A stretch of DNA of 61,509 nt, counting the filler, from an uncultured Methanosarcinales archaeon (GTDB taxonomy: Archaea > Nanobdellota > Nanobdellia > Woesearchaeales > CAZPJY01), in NCBI GenBank assembly GCA_964587045.1. It is 5 parts of 4 records of this genome, joined end to end, with 100 filler letters (N's around TTAATTAATTAA, not from the genome) between each part and the next. Parts side by side here need not be neighbours in the genome. Positions count along the whole stretch, not along the records: positions 56,862 to 61,509 come from CAZPJY010000047.1; 4 more parts are not named here. The stretch is one strand, 5' to 3'. The position numbers and the translations under genes were made by a program. Within the stretch, counting starts at the first letter, position 1; each line of letters opens with the position of its first letter. Under the pieces are notes generated by a model that was not told the origin of the DNA, made no database searches, and saw only the letters and a program-made list of their open reading frames with translations. Positions 57,213 to 61,509 of the stretch are shown here, one piece after another.

Positions 57213-58619
57213 TTACCCGCCACAACCGCAGCTTCCGCCACCCCCACAGGTGCCCCCTCTAGGCACCTGTACCTGTGAGAGCTCCTTTTCGACCGCTTGC
57301 TGGTTGGTGACGTCGATGTCCTCCTTTACGATAAAGGTCCCGGGAATCATCCCCATCCAGCAGCTCCATGATATCACGCCCTCCTCAGTGGGTGTGAATT
57401 CAATCACCTGCTCACCGGGCTTAATTGGGAAATTAAGGCCGAATTTTGGTACCTGGATTGCGTTGTTGCATCCGTTGACCTCCTTTCCATTTATTACCCA
57501 TCTGACTGGCACGTCCTTCTTCAGGACGAACTTGTTAGGTTCCCAGCCGTTCCGGGTCACGTCCATCCGGATTTCCTGATATCCTTGATTGATCACCACA
57601 GGTTCATCAGACAGCGCCGAGACAGAGGTCACCATGGAGTTGACATCATAGCCGGATCCGGTAAGTGAAATGCCGTTGTTGAGCATGACTATGCCAAGGA
57701 CTATTACTATGGCGCCAGACGCCTTGAGGATCTTATGGGTGACCTTGGCTGACACCGAGCTCACGACAAAGCCAAACCCCAGCATCACAGGCAAGGTGCC
57801 AAGGCCGAAGATGAACAGCAATTTTGCGCCCTCAAGCATTGAGCCGGTTCCGGCGGCCATTATGTAGAAGGCCTGCAGGGGCCCGCATGCAATCATGAGG
57901 CCGTTTAACAGGCCTATAACCAGAGGGCTGGAACCGCGGCTCTTGCCCAGGAGGCGGGTTATGAACCTCGGCGTTCTGAAGCTGAATTTTCTCAGCATTG
58001 GGAATATGTCAAGCATCCTCAGGCCGAAAGTAATCAGGAATATCCCGGCAAGCATCCCCGCAACCCCTCTCAAGGTGGGGGTGAACGCCACGAACGATCC
58101 AAGCAGGCCGAATAGCGCACCAATCACGGTGTAGGATACCACCTTACCGGCTCCGTACAGGAGATGGGACACTGATGACGGCCTCTTTTGGTTGGCAGTA
58201 TAGCCTACCACGAATCCCCCACACATGCCAACGCAGTGGAATCCGGTCAGCACTCCGACGAGGAAAAGCAGCCCTATGCCCATTCCGCTGGTTATATCAG
58301 GCATGGCTATGCCTTCTGCCCAGCGGTAGAGGAAAAAACCGATAATCGCTATCCCCAGAGCAGAGAAGGCCCATCCGAGCCAGGGTGAAGTGTTCCCTTC
58401 GTAAAGGTAGCATTTGTAGCCCTTCTCCTCAATCTTGTATAGTATGGTGTCCATGTCGGTCCTGGACGCGTCGTAAGTGACCTCTCCGAGCTCTTTTTTG
58501 TAGTCGAATTTCACATCGGACACTCCTGGCACTTTCATGGCCTGTTTCTTGATAATTTTCTCGCAGCTCTCACAGGTAGTTCCCTCAGCCGTGAACTCAA
58601 CAGTAACGTTCTCCCCCAT
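57213..58619 (-). CDS. HMA + DsbD_2/TauE-like TM + cupredoxin heavy-metal protein
   Basis: TCESC HMA; HCVGMCGG; CGP; C-terminal WSCWMGM. Confidence 0.88.
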   Translation of the reverse strand: MGENVTVEFTAEGTTCESCEKIIKKQAMKVPGVSDVKFDYKKELGEVTYDASRTDMDTILYKIEEKGYKCYLYEGNTSPWLGWAFSALGIAIIGFFLYRWAEGIAMPDITSGMGIGLLFLVGVLTGFHCVGMCGGFVVGYTANQKRPSSVSHLLYGAGKVVSYTVIGALFGLLGSFVAFTPTLRGVAGMLAGIFLITFGLRMLDIFPMLRKFSFRTPRFITRLLGKSRGSSPLVIGLLNGLMIACGPLQAFYIMAAGTGSMLEGAKLLFIFGLGTLPVMLGFGFVVSSVSAKVTHKILKASGAIVIVLGIVMLNNGISLTGSGYDVNSMVTSVSALSDEPVVINQGYQEIRMDVTRNGWEPNKFVLKKDVPVRWVINGKEVNGCNNAIQVPKFGLNFPIKPGEQVIEFTPTEEGVISWSCWMGMIPGTFIVKEDIDVTNQQAVEKELSQVQVPRGGTCGGGGSCGCGG

Positions 58620-58825
58620 CAGATCACCCTGTAGCCTTCGCTTTCAACTGCGGAACGCAGGGCCTCTTCCTTGGTCTTGCTCTCATCGTAGGAGACGGTG
58701 ACCTTCCCATCCTTGTATGACGCTTCGGCGTCGTTGACCCCTTCGAGATCGGTCAAGCTTTCTGTTACGAGTGTCTCGCACGACTGGCAGTGCATGCCTT
58801 CGGTTTGAAAAGTGACAGTCTTCAT
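58619..58825 (-). CDS. copper chaperone (CopZ-like HMA)
   Basis: GMHCQSC; start MKTVTF with GGAGGTG upstream. Confidence 0.9.
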   Translation of the reverse strand: MKTVTFQTEGMHCQSCETLVTESLTDLEGVNDAEASYKDGKVTVSYDESKTKEEALRSAVESEGYRVI

Positions 58826-58930
58826 GAGACCACCTCCTGCGTAATGATTGTCATGCATTGATATATTCCTTTTCTGGGAGAAATTTGATGCTGGAACGTT
58901 TACAAATGCAGAATTATGGGTCCAAATCGT

Positions 58931-59467
58931 TCAGAAGCGCTTTTTGAGGAAAACGTTCTTGGTCTTGCCTGACTCCTTCCTGCTCAAGACGCCCCTCGCC
59001 TCAAGGCCCTTCAGGATCAGGGACAGTGAGGCCTTGGAGATCCCCGTCCTGTACCTCAGGGTGGACTGCTTTATTCCATCCTGCCCTCTGACAGCGACGA
59101 GGACTTTCCTCTCATCCTCAGAGAACCCCTCAAGGAATGCGTTGAAATGGTCCTTTCGCGTCGCCTCCTTCAGGGCTGAGGAGACCTCGCGCTGATGCGC
59201 AGCCAGCGTTTCCTGGGTCTTGTCGAAGAAAGCGAGGTATGCCCCTAGCAGAAGCAGGGCGCCGCCGAGCACCCAGCCAAATATTATCGGCGCATAGTCC
59301 CTGTCCGCATGGAGGCAGGTGCCGTCGCTAAGGTAGCAGGTCCCCTCCTCAGCCACATAAGCATCTATGAGGCGGTCCTCCCGCGCCTTCATGACCTGTA
59401 CGAACAGTATAATCACTAGAGCCGCCGCCACCAGTATACCGCCGATCTGCCGTTGGTTCATTCTCAT
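58931..59467 (-). CDS. membrane-anchored winged-HTH (MarR-like) regulator
   Basis: Two TMs flanking C.L.DGTCLH; GIKQSTL...[12 protein letters not shown]. Confidence 0.8.
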   Translation of the reverse strand: MRMNQRQIGGILVAAALVIILFVQVMKAREDRLIDAYVAEEGTCYLSDGTCLHADRDYAPIIFGWVLGGALLLLGAYLAFFDKTQETLAAHQREVSSALKEATRKDHFNAFLEGFSEDERKVLVAVRGQDGIKQSTLRYRTGISKASLSLILKGLEARGVLSRKESGKTKNVFLKKRF

Positions 59468-59503
59468 TCACTCAAGTTGAAAACAATGATCATGTTTAAG
59501 TTA

Positions 59504-60415
59504 TTAATGTTTAAGACGGGATAAGTATTTGAAAGCTGCGAGGCAGGCGATGCAACCGTGGCCAGCAGCAACTATTATCTGCCACTCTGGAACGGTTGAG
59601 ACGTCGCCGCAGGCAAAGATTCCCGGAATGCTGGTGCGGCAGTGCTCATCGACCTTAATCTCCTTCCCCGGGCTCAAGGCAAGCTTAGCGCCCTCGACAG
59701 GTATCCCGGCAGGTGCACCGCCTATCTCGATGAAGACTCCCTCCACACTTAGGGTTTCCCCATCATTAATAATGACACGGCGTACGAAACTGTCGCCTTC
59801 AATCCTCTTGACAGTGCTGGAATTGTGCAGCAATACCTTACCAGAGCTTTGGACTTTTTCAATCAAGACTTTATCCCCAGTCAGGCTTTCCGCAATATTG
59901 ACCACGTGGACTTTTCTTGCAATCTTGATCAGCTGCAGGATGGCATCGAGCGCCGAGTTGCCGCCGCCCACAACCACCACCTCCTTGTCTGTGAACAGCG
60001 GTGCATCGCAGGTTGCACAGTATGTAACGCCCCTGTTCTTGAATTCGGACTCGCCAGGAACGCCCAGTGTCTTTGGCTTCCTGCCTGTCGCGATTATCAC
60101 AGCTCTGGTCTCGAAAGCCTCACCCTTGCTAAAGACCTCAAAGCCCCAGCCTTTCTTCAGAATCCGCTCGACCTCGTGGCCCGTTCTCAGGTCCACATTG
60201 AACTTCTTGACATGCTCCTCGAATTTCTTGGCCAGCTCCGGGCCTGATATGAACTGGTATCCTGTGTAGTTCTCTATGTCCCCGGACAGAGCCGCCTGAC
60301 CTCCAATGTCACCTGTCAGAACCAGTATGTTGAGTCTCTTGCGCGCAGCATAAACTGCAGCGGTTATTCCGGCTGGACCGGCTCCGATTATGATCAAATC
60401 ATACAATTCGGACAC
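59504..60415 (-). CDS. trxB: thioredoxin reductase-like FAD oxidoreductase
   Basis: GAGPAG, CATCD, GGGNSA, FACGD. Confidence 0.92.
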   Translation of the reverse strand: MSELYDLIIIGAGPAGITAAVYAARKRLNILVLTGDIGGQAALSGDIENYTGYQFISGPELAKKFEEHVKKFNVDLRTGHEVERILKKGWGFEVFSKGEAFETRAVIIATGRKPKTLGVPGESEFKNRGVTYCATCDAPLFTDKEVVVVGGGNSALDAILQLIKIARKVHVVNIAESLTGDKVLIEKVQSSGKVLLHNSSTVKRIEGDSFVRRVIINDGETLSVEGVFIEIGGAPAGIPVEGAKLALSPGKEIKVDEHCRTSIPGIFACGDVSTVPEWQIIVAAGHGCIACLAAFKYLSRLKH

Positions 60416-60847
60416 CTAAGGCAAGTTCTCGAGCAGGTCTTTCAGGATTCTCTCATGCGTGGCTTCCTCGTCCGAAAGCATCTGCAGCAAGGCCGAAGCG
60501 TCCGGATCCTTCAGAGCCTTCGAAAGGTGGGCATAGAGCTCTTTTGCGTCTACTTCAGCCTCTATGGCTCCTTTCAGCAGGGTCCCGAGCCGGCCCATGT
60601 CGGTGAGGGGCGCCATGACAACATCCTTTGATATGTCTATCTGCGAAAGCACGGCCATATCAGGGTGCAGCTCATCGTCAAATAACGCCTTAATGCGTTC
60701 CTTGTGCACCTTCTCCTGCTGGGCAAGCTTTAGCAGGACAGACTTTATCGCATCAGAATCAATTCTCGCTGCCGTGTCTGAGTACAGCTGGAAGGCCTTC
60801 TCCTCCTCCCTCATCGCGAATTCGAGGATATTCTTCAGATCAGCCAT
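60416..60847 (-). CDS. rubrerythrin/ferritin-like diiron protein
   Basis: EE...Y...LA..E..H motif repeated twice. Confidence 0.85.
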   Translation of the reverse strand: MADLKNILEFAMREEEKAFQLYSDTAARIDSDAIKSVLLKLAQQEKVHKERIKALFDDELHPDMAVLSQIDISKDVVMAPLTDMGRLGTLLKGAIEAEVDAKELYAHLSKALKDPDASALLQMLSDEEATHERILKDLLENLP

Positions 60848-60850
60848 TTC

Positions 60851-61509
60851 CTACACCTCTTGTTTGTTTTTGATTGTTTCGGCAAGTCTGTCGATTGCCT
60901 CAAAGTCGCTCCCTTTCGGAGCCCCTTTGATGCTTATTGGCTCAATTACCTCTGCGTTGAGCGGGCCAAGTATTTGCTTTATCTCCTCGACGAGTCGGCC
61001 TCCCCATTCGTAGGAGTCGATGATTGCCAAATGCCTGACTTTCGGCCTCAGAAGCCTCACGAGATAGGCTGCTGACTGAACCAAGGGGTGCACGCCCGCA
61101 AGGACCGTCGGCGAGGCGATCACCAAGGTGGAAGCGTCTACTAGGGACATTGCAATTGAACCTATGTCTGAGCAAAGCATGTTGAATTGGGTCACATGGA
61201 TTCCCTTTCTTGACAGGGAGTCTGTCAACCGGTCGACGACCTTCTGAGTTGAGCCGTGCATCGAAATGTAGACGATTACCACTCCCTCCCTGCTGCCTTC
61301 GGCGGTCCATTCTTCATAAGCGTCCAGGATCATCGAAGGTGTGCCATAGATCTCGCCATGACTCGGCGCTATCAGTACGGGATTTAGGTCGCGAACGCGT
61401 TTCACATAGCCTTTTATTAGGTGCGCGAAAGGCATCATTATCTCTGCGTAGTACCGCTTTGCCGCCAGGTAAGCCCTCCTCTCGTCCTCCACATAGAGGT
61501 CGCTGGATG
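60851..61509 (-). CDS. flavodiiron protein FprA, C-terminal part (continues beyond window)
   Basis: AKRYYAEIM, IAPSHG, YISMHGST, ASPT, SYEWGG. Confidence 0.9.
   Translation of the reverse strand, partial: SSDLYVEDERRAYLAAKRYYAEIMMPFAHLIKGYVKRVRDLNPVLIAPSHGEIYGTPSMILDAYEEWTAEGSREGVVIVYISMHGSTQKVVDRLTDSLSRKGIHVTQFNMLCSDIGSIAMSLVDASTLVIASPTVLAGVHPLVQSAAYLVRLLRPKVRHLAIIDSYEWGGRLVEEIKQILGPLNAEVIEPISIKGAPKGSDFEAIDRLAETIKNKQEV

Overview
Archaeal genome window, most likely a DPANN (Woesearchaeota-like) MAG; the taxonomy is inferred from BHB-intron tRNAs, L37e/Sm, the S27e-aIF2a-Nop10-PAC2 cluster, leaderless TATA promoters and many bacterial-type housekeeping genes. It consists of contigs joined by N-TTAATTAATTAA-N linkers (2069-2168, 12852-12951, 26823-26922, 56762-56860), so gene adjacency across these is not established. 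Most of the window is housekeeping and accessory genes (uvrB, thrS, gpmI, eno, metK, apt, family-B polymerase, DRG GTPase, pcm, copper/redox cluster). The standout is an AT-rich array at 22676-26822 of six single-gene cassettes separated by seven co-oriented dif/Xer-like 11-6-11 sites (ATTGnnnnTAA-nnnnTG-TTAnnnn). Each cassette has its own TATA promoter, cassette-specific terminal inverted repeats and GNA-triloop hairpins that favour folding of the top strand. In 4 of 6 cassettes the starting core arm is the exact reverse complement of the ending core arm. This resembles an integron-like gene-capture system whose architecture is not that of attC integrons or pdif modules; no recombinase gene is visible in the window. 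Also notable: an intron-containing tRNA-Ile(UAU), two large orphan proteins next to tRNA-Leu, and a head-to-head truncation junction between Hsp20 and a PhoU-like regulator.
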